NCBI GenBank assembly: GCA_034520945.1
Contig: JAXHNB010000005.1
Span: forward strand, 544,001-608,000
Reading direction: 5' to 3'
Source: Trueperaceae bacterium
GTDB taxonomy: Bacteria; Deinococcota; Deinococci; Deinococcales; Trueperaceae
Length of the DNA stretch: 64,000 bases
Positions 1-10,800 of the stretch are shown here, one piece after another. The first letter of the stretch is position 1, and each line of letters starts with the position of its first letter. The position numbers and the translations under genes are program-made. The notes beneath the pieces were generated by a model that saw nothing but the letters and a program-made list of their open reading frames with translations, did not search any database and was not told where the DNA came from.

Positions 1-1
1 C

Positions 2-742
2 ATCGACATCCGGCAGTTCGGCAACGAACGCGTGCACGATCAGCTGGTGTCGCAACTCGAGGAGCTGCGTCAGGCGGGCGCCACCTCGCTGGTGCTGGAC
101 CTTCGCGACAACCCCGGCGGGCTGCTGACGCAGGGGATCATGGTCGCGGACGAGTTCCTGTCGGAGGGCGACATCGTGTTCCAGCGCGCCCGCGGCGTGA
201 CGCAGCGCATCGCCCGCGCCGACCCGCACGCCAACGAGATCCCCATGGTGGTGCTGGTGAACGAGAACTCCGCCTCCGCCTCCGAGATCGTGGCGGGCGC
301 GCTGCAGGAGAACGACCGCGCGCTGGTGGTGGGCGAGGAAACCTACGGCAAGGGCGTGGCGCAAAGCGTCATCTCCCTGGCCGACGGCGGGCAGTTGGCG
401 TTCACCTCGTTCGAGTGGCTGACGCCGGCGCGCGAGACGATCGCCCACGAAGGCATCGAGCCCGACGTGCACGCCGAGGACGAGCGCTACCCCAACACCA
501 TCAGCCTGGAGGGGCAGGGCGCCGAGGCCGGGCAGACCGTCGAGATCGTGGTGGACGGCGAGTCGCTCGGCTCCGCCACCGCGGACGAGGACGGCGAGTT
601 CCAGTTCGTCACCACCGGACCGCGTCCCGAGATCAGCCCGGTGCAGGGCGAAGCGATGGTGGACCTCGACGCCGACCCCGCGCTGCGCACCGCGGTGGAC
701 ACGCTGCTGAACCGGGTGGTGGCGGGCGGCGCCGCGGACTGA
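2..742 (+). CDS. S41 family carboxyl-terminal processing protease (CtpA-like), 5'-truncated by window edge
   Basis: LVLDLRDNPGGLL, NSASASEIVAGALQ (catalytic Ser) and GEETYGKG (catalytic Lys) motifs; frame open from position 2. Confidence 0.92.
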   Translation: MDIRQFGNERVHDQLVSQLEELRQAGATSLVLDLRDNPGGLLTQGIMVADEFLSEGDIVFQRARGVTQRIARADPHANEIPMVVLVNENSASASEIVAGALQENDRALVVGEETYGKGVAQSVISLADGGQLAFTSFEWLTPARETIAHEGIEPDVHAEDERYPNTISLEGQGAEAGQTVEIVVDGESLGSATADEDGEFQFVTTGPRPEISPVQGEAMVDLDADPALRTAVDTLLNRVVAGGAAD

Positions 743-760
743 GCCCGCCGGCAGGGCGCC

Positions 761-1519
761 GTGATCCAGGTCGACGCGCTCTCCAAGCGCTACGGGCGCG
801 TCACCGCGGCGCAGGGCGTCACGCTGCGCGCCCGTCCCGGTGAGGTGCTGGCGTTGCTGGGGCCCAACGGCGCGGGCAAGACCACCACCATCAAGGTCAT
901 CACCGGCATGATCCGTGCCAGCGCCGGCCGCGTCCTCGTGGCCGGCGTCGACGTGGCCCGCGACCCCGTGCGGGCCAAGGCGGCGCTGGGCTACGTGCCG
1001 GACCGGCCCTACCTGTACCCCAAACTGACCGGACGGGAGCTGCTGCGCTTCCTGGGCCGCCTGCGCGGCGTGGACGGCGTGGAGGCCCGCGCCGACGCCT
1101 GGCTGGAGCGCTTCGGCCTCACCGAGGTGCAGAACGAACGGATCGAGGCGTACTCGCACGGCATGCGCCAGAAGCTCACCTTCTGCGCCGCGTTGCTGCA
1201 CGACCCGCCGGTGGTGGTCATCGACGAGCCGATGGTGGGCCTGGACCCCCGCGCCGCCCGCGAGGTGCGCACCCTGATGCGGGAGCGCGCCGCGGCGGGC
1301 GGAACCGTGCTGCTGACCACGCACTCGATGGACGTGGCGCAGGAGGCCGCCGACCGGGTGGTGCTGATGCACCGCGGGCGGGTGGCGGCGGCGGGAACGC
1401 TGGCGGAACTGCGCGACCGGACCGGCGCGCAGGACGCCACCCTCGAGACGATCTTCCTGACCCTGACCGAGGAGGCGCAGGGCGCAGGGCCCGCAACGGC
1501 GGCGGGCGGCGACGGGTGA
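761..1519 (+). CDS. ABC transporter ATP-binding protein
   Basis: Walker A GPNGAGKTT, signature YSHGM, Walker B VVVIDEP, H-loop TTH. Confidence 0.95.
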   Translation: MIQVDALSKRYGRVTAAQGVTLRARPGEVLALLGPNGAGKTTTIKVITGMIRASAGRVLVAGVDVARDPVRAKAALGYVPDRPYLYPKLTGRELLRFLGRLRGVDGVEARADAWLERFGLTEVQNERIEAYSHGMRQKLTFCAALLHDPPVVVIDEPMVGLDPRAAREVRTLMRERAAAGGTVLLTTHSMDVAQEAADRVVLMHRGRVAAAGTLAELRDRTGAQDATLETIFLTLTEEAQGAGPATAAGGDG

Positions 1520-3162
1520 CGCTGCTGCGGATGCGCCTGGCGGCGCTCCGGAACGCGGTGCGGCACCGGCCGGTCCGCCACCTGGCGGCCTTGGCGGCCG
1601 TGACGCTGGCCGGGTGGGGCATCCTGGCCGCCACCCGGCGCGGCGTGCGCTTCGTGGACGACTTCCCCGCCATCGGCACCATCGCCGACGCGGTGCTGAT
1701 GCGCAGCCTGGAGGGGCTGTTCACGGTGTTGATGCTCGGCGTGGCGTTCAGCGTGCTGACCAGCGCCGTGACCACCCTGTACGCCTCGCAGGACCTGCCG
1801 CTCTTGCTGTCGCTGCCGGTGCCGCCCGCCCGCGTGTTCGCACTGAAGACGGTGGAGGTGTTCGCCGGCAGCGCCATGATCCCCGCGCTATTGACGGCGC
1901 CGGCCGTGCTGGGGTTGGGCCTGGAGCGGGGCGCGCCGGCTGCCTACTACCCGGTCGCCCTCACCGCGGTGCTGGCGTTGTACGCCCTGCCGGTGGCGTT
2001 GGGGGCGCTGGCGTCGCTGCTGCTGGTGCGCGCCGCCCCGCCGGGGCGGGCGGCGGAGGTGGCGACCGCCGCCAACGTGGTGTTGGCCGCCGGCCTGGTG
2101 CTGGGCCTGCGGGCGTTGCGCCCCGAGCGGCTGCAGGCGATGGACCCCGACGAGTTCGAGCGGATGCTGGAGGGGTTCGCCCGCCTGGAGTTCCTGTGGG
2201 CGCCGCCCGCCTGGGCCTCCCGGGCGACCTGGTCGGCGCTGGAGGGCAGCGCCTCGCCCTGGCTGTTCGGGCTGCTGGGGGTGGCGGCGGCGTCGTTGTG
2301 GGGGGTGTCGCGGGTGGCGGCGTTCGCGTACCGCAGCGGTTGGATCCGCGGGCTGGATTCGGTCCGTGCCGTGCGGGACCCTCGCCCGCGGCCGCCGCCG
2401 GCGTGGGAGCGGCCGCTGCACCGCCTCGGCCCGATCGGGTCGTTGTGGGTGAAGGACCTGCGCCTCACCGCGCGCGACCCGACGCAGTGGTCGCAACTGC
2501 TGGTGTTGCTGGCGCTGGCGGGCGTGTACCTGCTGAGCACCGCCAGCCTGGACGTGGGGCAACAGCGCTTCCGCGACGCGCTGGGCACCATGAACCTGGC
2601 GTTCGTGGCGTTCCTGCTGGTCGGGGTGGGGGTGCGGACCGCGTTCCCGCTGGTGTCGCTGGAGGGGGAGGGGTGGTGGCTGGTGCGCACCGCGCCGATC
2701 TCGACGGGCCGGTTGGTGGCGGCGAAGTTCCTGCAGGCGCTGCCGCCCATGCTGGCGTTGGGCCTGGCGGTCGGCGCGGGCGCCGCCTGGCTGCTGGACC
2801 TGTCCCCGCCGTTGGCGGCGGTCTCGCCCTGGGCGGGGGCGGGCGCGGCGCTGGCGGCGTGCGGGCTGGGGGTGGGGCTGGGCGCGGCGTGGCCGCGCTT
2901 CGACGCGGCCAGCCCCGCGGAGGTGCCGCTGACGCCCGGCGGCCTGGTGTACATGGGGGCGGGGATGAGCTACGCGCTGGCGCAGACGGTGATCCTGGCC
3001 TGGCCGGCGTGGCAGGTGCTGCGCACGCCCGGCGCGCCGGTGTGGCGCACGCCCGAGGGCATGCTGGCCGCCGGGCTGGCGGCCGCGTTGACGCTGGCGG
3101 TCACGGCGCTGCCGTTGGTGTTCGGCGCGCGCGCCCTGGCGCGGGTCGAGCTCGGCGATTGA
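1516..3162 (+). CDS. Putative ABC exporter permease
   Basis: Many hydrophobic segments; GTGA overlap with the ATPase; KDLRLTARDPTQWSQ and SLEGEGWWLVRTAP motifs typical of this permease family. Confidence 0.8.
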   Translation: MTLLRMRLAALRNAVRHRPVRHLAALAAVTLAGWGILAATRRGVRFVDDFPAIGTIADAVLMRSLEGLFTVLMLGVAFSVLTSAVTTLYASQDLPLLLSLPVPPARVFALKTVEVFAGSAMIPALLTAPAVLGLGLERGAPAAYYPVALTAVLALYALPVALGALASLLLVRAAPPGRAAEVATAANVVLAAGLVLGLRALRPERLQAMDPDEFERMLEGFARLEFLWAPPAWASRATWSALEGSASPWLFGLLGVAAASLWGVSRVAAFAYRSGWIRGLDSVRAVRDPRPRPPPAWERPLHRLGPIGSLWVKDLRLTARDPTQWSQLLVLLALAGVYLLSTASLDVGQQRFRDALGTMNLAFVAFLLVGVGVRTAFPLVSLEGEGWWLVRTAPISTGRLVAAKFLQALPPMLALGLAVGAGAAWLLDLSPPLAAVSPWAGAGAALAACGLGVGLGAAWPRFDAASPAEVPLTPGGLVYMGAGMSYALAQTVILAWPAWQVLRTPGAPVWRTPEGMLAAGLAAALTLAVTALPLVFGARALARVELGD

Positions 3163-3245
3163 CGGGGCGGTTGTCGCCCGCGCGCCTCGGGCGCACGCGA
3201 GGGCCCGGGCATCGCGCGGCCGGACCGGCGGCGCACGCGCCGGGC

Positions 3246-4820
3246 TCAGCGGCCGGGCAGGGCGGCGCGGACCTCCGGCCGCGCGTCCGGCGCGACCTGC
3301 GCCAGGTTCTCCGCGAAGCGGCGCGCCAGGTCGGCGGCGGTCGCGTCGTACGCGGCGGGGTCGGCCCAGGTGTCGCGCGGGCGCAGCAGGGCCGGGTCGA
3401 CCCGCGGCACCTCGTGCGGGACGGACAGGCCGAAGGCGGGATCGCGCTGGGTGGGCACGGCGTCCAGCTCGCCGTTCAGGATGGCGCGCACCATGGCGCG
3501 GGTGGCGCGCAGGTCGATCCGCCGGCCGCTGCCGGCCGGCCCGCCCGTCCAGCCGGTGTTCACCAGCCACACCTGCGCGCCGTGCCGGTCCAGCCGCTCG
3601 GCCAGCATGCGGGCGTACACGGTGGCGGGGCGCGGCAGGAACGGCGCGCCGAAGCAGGCGCTGAAGGTGGCGGTCGGTTGGCTCACGCCGTGCTCGGTGC
3701 CGGCCAGCTTGGCGGTGTAGCCGGACAGGAAGTGCGCCATCGCCTCCTCGCGCGACAGGCGCGCCAGGGGCGGCAGCACCCCGAACGCGTCGGCGGTGAG
3801 GAACAGCACCCGGTCGGGATGCCCCGCGGTGCCCAGCGTCGACGCGCCGGCCACGTGCTCGATGGGGTAGGCCGCGCGGGTGTTCTCGGTGAGGCTGTCG
3901 TCGTGGAAGTCCAGCGTGCGCTCGGGGGTCAGCGTGACGTTCTCGAGCACCGTCCCGAAGCGGGTGCAGGCGGCGTGAATCTCGGGCTCCTTATCGGGCG
4001 ACAGTTCGATCGCCTTGGCGTAGCAGCCGCCCTCCAGGTTGGAGACGCCGGCGTCGGACCAGGCGTGCTCGTCGTCGCCGATCAGGGTGCGGTCCGCGTC
4101 GGCCGACAGGGTGGTCTTGCCGGTGCCGGAGAGGCCGAAGAACAACGCCACCCGGCCGGTGCGGCCCACGTTGGCGGAGCAGTGCATCGGCAGCACGCCG
4201 CGCGCCGGCAGCACGTCGTTCAGGGCCGAGAAGATGCTCTTCTTGATCTCCCCGCCGTAGCCGGTGCCGCCGATCAGCACCAAGCGGCGCTGCAGGTCCA
4301 GCGCCACCACCGTGCCGCTGCGCGTGCCGTGCCGGGCCGGATCGGCCTCGAAGTCGGGCAGGTCCAGCACCGTCCAGCCCTCGCTGCCTCCGCTGCGATC
4401 CCGCAGGAACAGGTTGTGGGCGAACAGGGCGTGCCAGGCGCGTTGCGTAATCACCGTGACGGAGGTGCGGATGTCCGGGTGCGCGCCGGCGGCCAGCGTC
4501 TGCAGGTAGACGCGGCGCCCGCGCAGCCAGTCGTTCATGTCTGCCAGGAGCCGCGCGAACGCGTCCGGGTCCATGCCGCGGTTCACCTCGCCCCAGGCGA
4601 CCCGCGCCTCGCTTTCGGCGTCGCGCACCAGGAAGCGGTCGAGGGGTGAGCGGCCGGTCGACGCGCCGGTGCGGACCACCAGCGGACCGGTCTCGGCCAG
4701 GCGGCCCTCGCCGGCCGCGATGGCGTGCTCGACCCAGGCGGCGGTGCTCCACTCGCGCACCACGTGCGCGTGGGCCAGGCCGGGCAGGTGCTCGGGCGTT
4801 GCGGGGCGGGGGGTGGTCAT
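3246..4820 (-). CDS. pckA: Phosphoenolpyruvate carboxykinase (ATP)
   Basis: TGRSP, YGGEIKK, MHCSAN, FFGLSGTGKTTLS, LIGDDEH, EGGCYAK and ENTRAAYP motifs. Confidence 0.97.
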   Translation of the reverse strand: MTTPRPATPEHLPGLAHAHVVREWSTAAWVEHAIAAGEGRLAETGPLVVRTGASTGRSPLDRFLVRDAESEARVAWGEVNRGMDPDAFARLLADMNDWLRGRRVYLQTLAAGAHPDIRTSVTVITQRAWHALFAHNLFLRDRSGGSEGWTVLDLPDFEADPARHGTRSGTVVALDLQRRLVLIGGTGYGGEIKKSIFSALNDVLPARGVLPMHCSANVGRTGRVALFFGLSGTGKTTLSADADRTLIGDDEHAWSDAGVSNLEGGCYAKAIELSPDKEPEIHAACTRFGTVLENVTLTPERTLDFHDDSLTENTRAAYPIEHVAGASTLGTAGHPDRVLFLTADAFGVLPPLARLSREEAMAHFLSGYTAKLAGTEHGVSQPTATFSACFGAPFLPRPATVYARMLAERLDRHGAQVWLVNTGWTGGPAGSGRRIDLRATRAMVRAILNGELDAVPTQRDPAFGLSVPHEVPRVDPALLRPRDTWADPAAYDATAADLARRFAENLAQVAPDARPEVRAALPGR

Positions 4821-4853
4821 GCGACCTCCAGGGAGAAGCGGGGGCGGAGCAGG

Positions 4854-7800
4854 TTACCAGCGTAGCGTGACGCCGAAGCGCGCTTCGCTCTCCGGCGTCG
4901 AGAACGACAGGCCCGACTCGATCGACAGGCCCGGCCGCAGGTCGTAGCGCAGCGTGGCGCCCAGCGCCGGCACCGGCGGGAGGGACGGGTCGTCCGGGAA
5001 GGCCAGCTCGGTGGAGAGGTCGAAGGCGACCGGGCCCAACTCGTAGGTGAGCGCCAGGGTGTTCGTCAAGGCGTCGCTGACCTCGCCGCCGGCCAGACGG
5101 CCGATCTGCAGGCTGGCGAACAGCCCCTCGTCCAGGTACCCCCCCAGGCGGAGCGACACCCCGAACGGATCATTGCTGCCGTCCAGCACGTTGCTGAGCG
5201 TGCTGGTGCGGATCTCGACGACGTCGATGCCGAGCGCTTCGCTGACGGCGGACTGCAGCTCGGACAGGATCAGCAGGTCGATGGCGCTGTCCAGCGCCGA
5301 GCGGGCCACCCCGCCCGCCAGCCCGGCCGCGCTGGGGTCGCCGGTCGGCGTGAGCCGCCCCAACGCCACCAGCGACACCAGCTCCGCTTCGGTCAGGGAC
5401 CGCGCGCCGGGGGTGAAGCCGTTCGCGCCCGGCAGGGTCACCATGGCGTCGCTGCTCAACACCGGGTCGAGGTCCAACCGGAACGGCCGCGATTCCCGCG
5501 GGGTGGGCACCACCTCGGCGTCGAAGGCCAAGCGCACGTCGAAGGTGCTGCCGGAGGGCGCTTCGAAGGTGGCGCCGCGCGGCATCGACTGCAGCACCGT
5601 GCGCTTGTCGAACACGGCGGTGGCGACCACCTCGAGGGTGGGGTAGACGCCGCGGGAGCGTTCGAAGGCGGCGACCCCCCGTTCCAGGTCGAACTCCCGC
5701 CCGGAGAAGCGGAAGGTGCCGCGCTGGGCCTCGGCCTCGCCGGCCAGGCGGGGTTCGGCGGCGGTCCCGCCGAGGACGAGGTCGGCCTCGAATTCGGCCG
5801 TGCCGAACGACTCCGAGAACGACAGCCGCCGGCCGACCAGCGCGATGTCGTCCAGCCGGATGCGCTGCAGGGCCGGGTTGGGCGTGCGCTGCGCCTCCGG
5901 CTCGGCGGGGGGCGGACGAATGCCCAGCGCGAAGCGGCCGCCCCGCACGGTGACGCCGCCCGAGATCACGAACGCCTCGGTGTAGCGAAGGCGCAGGTCC
6001 ACGTCGGAGGTGCTCTCGTCCAGCATGAACGCCGGCGCGCGCAACGCCAGGCCCTCCCCCTGCAGGCGCACGTCCAGCGGCCACAGGGTCCCCTCCAGCT
6101 GCAGCGGCGCGCCCATGCGGGCGTCCGCCTCCAGGCGGGGGCGCCCCTCCGCGTCCGCCCGCAGCGCGCCCCGCACCTCGCGCAACTCCCCGACGACGGG
6201 CAGCCGAACGGCTCCGTCCAACTCGATGGCGGCGTCCCGCAACCGCCACGGCGACAACGACAGCTGGCCCGACCCCTCCACGGTGAGCAGCCCGCCGACC
6301 GGCTCCACGCCGCTCAGTTCGGTCTGGACCGACAACGCCTCGTCCCGCAGGGTGGCGGTGCCGGTCTCCAAGCGGTAGCGCGCGCCGGCCAACGCCAGCT
6401 CCAGCCCGTCGGTCTCGATGTCCAGGCGGGGCGACGCCAGGCTGCCCTGCGCCCGTACGGTCAGGTCGCCGCGCGCGTCGGCGCCGAGGCGCGACAGCAC
6501 CGGAACCAGGCCCAACAGCGGGCCGGCGTCGGCGTCCTCGGCGCGCAGGGTGAAGTCCAACGCCTCGGGACGCAGCGTGCCGACCGCCGACCACTGCCCC
6601 TGCCCCTCGAAGGCGGCGTCGACCTCGACCCCGCCGTCCTGCAGCGCTGCGCTGAAGCGTCCGGTGGTGACGACCCCGGCGCGTTCCAGCCGCACGTGCT
6701 CGGTCGCCAGCCGCACGTCCGGCCGGCCGGGCGCGTCGTAGGGCAGCCGCACCCGCGCCACGCCCGTCACCTCCGCGACGGCGTCCAGCGCCCCGAAGCG
6801 GGCCTCCAACGCCGCCTGAGCGGGGAAGCGCTCCAGCGTCCACAGCACCTCCAGCGCCTCGCCGGTCAGGGTGCCCTGCACCGGACTGCCAGCCCAGGTG
6901 CCGCCGAAGTCGATCCCCTCCTCGCCGGCGCCGATCCGACCCGAAGCCTCCAGCTGCAGCGGCACCGCGCGCCCTCCGGTGGTCAGTTCGGGCGCGGTGA
7001 TCTGCGCCAGCAAACGCCGGCCCCGCAGCTCGATCACCGCGCTCATCCCCCCGCCGAGCCCCGGCAGGATGCGGGACACGGCCGGCACCTCGTCGAGCGG
7101 CAACTCCGTCAGGCGGACCGACACCGAGGTGGCGTCCGGGTCGGGCTCGCCCGGCGGGCGGTACGGCGCCGGCAGCCACTCGCGCAGGTCGGCGTTGCCC
7201 TCTGCCGATAGCCGCCCCGGCCCGCGCAGGGCGGCCTGCCCCGTCGCGGTGGCGCCGTCCGCGGCCAGGGTGGCGTCCAGCGTGCCGGTGGGCAGGCCCG
7301 GCAGCGCCACGGTGACGTCGTCGAAGTGAAGCTCGCCCTCCAGCCCCGCGCCCGGCGCCAACGCCAGGTCGGCCTGGACCGGCCCGCCGTCCACCTGCAG
7401 GTGCAGGGCGCGCCGCTCGCCCGCCCACGTCAGCCGCAGCGGCGCGCCCCGTTCGACGGCGGCGGCGTGACCGGCCTCCGCCGCGTGCACGCGGAGCTCG
7501 GCGGCGTCCATCCCGCCCTCCAGGTGGTACGCCAACGCCCCCGCCCCGAACGGCGCCCGCAGCAGGCTCAATAGCGGCGGCGGCACGGCGCCGTCGCCCT
7601 CGTCGGTGACGCGCCCGCTCAGGTCGGCGCGCCCCCCGCGCACCTCGCCGGCCAGGCTCAGGTCGCCCCACGCCCCCGCCCACGTCAGGTCCCGCACCGT
7701 GACGCCGGCGGGCGGGCGCCAATCGACGCGGCCCGACAGGGCGCCCTGCCCGCTGGCGCGGAGCCCGTCGGCCCAGGCCCGCTGGACGGCGGGCAGCGGC

Positions 7801-10800
7801 GCGTCGGCCGGCAGGTCGACCTGCAGGCGCCCCTCCGCCACGCCGCGCGGCGCGACCTCCAGGCGTGGCGACCCGTCCTCCGGCCGGCCGCGCAGCGTGA
7901 CCTCCCCGGCGGCGGTCGGGACGGTGGCGTGGCCCTCCACCCGCCAGGGCGCCCCGCGCAGCAGGTGCTCGGCCCGCAGTCGCGCACCCGCCCCCTCGGC
8001 GGCGCCCTCGGTGGCGATCCGCAGGTCCAGCGCGGGCCAGGCGTCCCCCGTCACCCGCAGCGCACCGCCGCCCGGCAGCCGCGCCTCCAGGTCCAGGTGC
8101 GCCTGCAGCTCCGGCCCGCCCGCGCGTACCTGGCCGGCCACGGCGACCGGCCCGTCCAGGGTCACCTCCAGCGCGGCGCCCGGCACGGCGCCCGCCCCCT
8201 GGGCGCGCCCTTCGGCGCGCACGGTGCCGGCCGGGGTGCGCAGCCCGTCGATCCGGATGGGGCCGGTCCAACCGCTCGCGTCGTGGGCCAGCTCGATCGT
8301 CACCTCGCCGCCGCGGAGGCGGCCGCTCGCGGCGAGGGTGGTGGCGTTCTCGGTGCGGGCGGCGCGCAGGCGCAGGCCGGCCCCCTCGTCAGGCCCGTCG
8401 TCGCCGATCTCGTCGCCCTCGGTGGGGGGCGCCTCGGCGAGCGTCCCGGCCAGCGTGCCGGTCGCGCCGCTGCCGTCGGCCTCGGCGTCGAGCCGCAGCG
8501 CGCCGGGCAGCGCCAGCCCGCCCAGCTGCACGTCCCATGCGCCGGTGGGAACGGCGACGCGGGCGGTCACCGCCCCGGCCTCGCTCCGGCCCGAGGCGTG
8601 CAGCGTGGTGCCGTCGCTGCGCAGCGCCAGCGGGGGGAGGTGCACGCCGGCCAGGGCGGCGCCGTGCAGCTCGCCGCGCAACCACGGGTCGGCGCGGGCG
8701 TCCAGCGCCAGCTGCAGGGTTCCCTCCGCGGCGCCATGCAGGCGCGCCAACGGCAGGTGCAGGCGCGCGGCGGGGTCGTCGCCCCGGAAGGGCGTCAGCG
8801 CGATCCGGACGCCGTCCAGGCCGTCTTGGCCGGCGAACACCAGGGAGGCCCCCTCCGCGCGGGCTTGCAGCGGGCCGCGGGGGGTGCGGAGCGTCCCGTC
8901 CGCCTGCAGCGCGTCCGGCCCGCCGCGGGCGGTGAGGGTCAGGCCGTACGCGTCGCTGGCCAGCTCGGCGTCGACCTCCAACCGGCGCGTGTCGGTGTTC
9001 AGGTGCAGGGCCAGGGGTCCCTGCACGCGTCCTTCCAGTCGGGCCTCCACGGCCAGGTCGGGCGCGCCGGCGGGACCGCTGAGGGAGGCGGCGCCGCTCA
9101 CGCCCACGCCGGCGATGCGCACCCGCTCCGCGTCCAGGCTGCCGTCCAGCTGCGCCGCCGTCCAGGGGCGGCCACGGGGCAGGTCGACGGTGAGCGGCCC
9201 GTGGAGCCGGCCGGTGGCCGCGCCGTCCAAAAGCACGCCGAGGTCGGCGTCGAGGCGCGCCTCCAGGCGGAGGCCGTCCTCCGTGCTGGCGCTGCCGCGC
9301 AGCTCGGCGCCGCGCGCGCGCAGCGCCCACGCCGGCACGCGCACCTCCGGCGCGTCGCCCCAGGCGCCGCCTGCGTGCAGTTCGCCGGCCAATTCGGGGT
9401 CGCGGATCTGGCCGACGCCGATCGCGTCGAACCAGGGCTTCAGCGGAACGCCCTCGAGGGTGGCGTCGGCGCGCCAGCCGCCGGGGTCGGCGGCGGCGTC
9501 TACGGTGAGGGCGTCGCCACTGAGGTCGAGGGTGAGGCCGCCTGGGTCCAGGTGGAGGCGTCCGTCGGCCATGGTGGTGCCGCGGAGGTGGAGGGGACCG
9601 TCGAGGGTGGGGGCGAGGGTGTCGCCGCTCAGGGCGAGGGGGGCGCGAAGGCGGAGCGGAGCGTCCTGGTCGGGGTCGGCGTGCAGGCGCGCCTGCAGTT
9701 CGCCGCCGCCGGACCAGCTGCCCGCCCACGGGGGGCCGGTGAGGCGCGCGTCGAGGTCGGCGCGCCCGGTCGCGCGAAGGGCGGCGTTGGGCGCGGCGTT
9801 CTGCGTTCCGTCCTGTGCTGCCTCCTGTGCCGCGTCCTGTATTGCGTCCTGCGCTGCGGCCGGCGTGGCGGTGCCGGCGGCCGCCTCCGCCAGGAGTTGG
9901 ACGCGCAGGGCGGGCCCTTCGCCGCTGAGGTCGGCGCGGAGCGGCGCGGTGCCCGCGGGCGCGCCGGCCGGCTCGCCCGCCCCCGGCGCCGGGCCGGCTT
10001 CGCCGGCCAGCGTGACCTCGGCCCGGCCGCCCCAGCCGTCCATCTCGTTCCAGCGCAGGCCGTCGGGGCCGGGGGTCAGCGTCACGCCCCCGGCGCGAAG
10101 GCCGTCGCCGTGCAGGCTCACACTGAGGGGCCGCGCGCCGTCCAGGCGGGCGTCCAGCGCCAGGCCGGGCGTGCGGGCGCCCAGGTCGACCGAGGTGCCG
10201 GTGGCGTGGAGGTGCAGGCGGAGGGGTCGGCGGGTCGGTTCGCCCCCGTCCGGTGGGGTCATCTCGGCGGTCAGCTCGGCGCCGGCCCGCAGGTCGGGCG
10301 GGCCGCCCTCCATGAGATCGAGCGAGGCGGTGGCGTCGCCCGTGGCGCGCAGGGTGCGCCCGCCGGCGCGGAGCGTGGCGTCGATGCGGACCGCGCCCGG
10401 CGGGCCGGCCACGCGGAGGTCGAGGTCGCTGTCGCCGCGCGTCAACTCCGCGTCGAGGTCGATCCGTCCGCTGGCGGCGTGCAGGCGCAGCCGCAGCGGG
10501 CCGTCCACCTCGCCGCGGAACGCCAGGTTGGCGGTGACGTCGGGGGCGACCAGCGACCCGCCCAGCGCCAGGTCGCCCTCGGCGGTGGTGCCGTCCACCG
10601 TGACGCCGTCCAGCGACAGGGCGCCGCTGAGGGTGGTGGCGCTCCAGGAGGCGTCGGTGGCGCGCTGCAGGTGGAGGGGACCGTGCACGCGGCCGGCCGC
10701 GGCGCCGTCCAGGAGCACGCCGAGGTCGGCGTCGACGTCGGCGCGGGCGGCCAGGTCGCCCAGCAGGTGCGCGCTGCCCGTCGCCCGGCCGGCGGCGGAA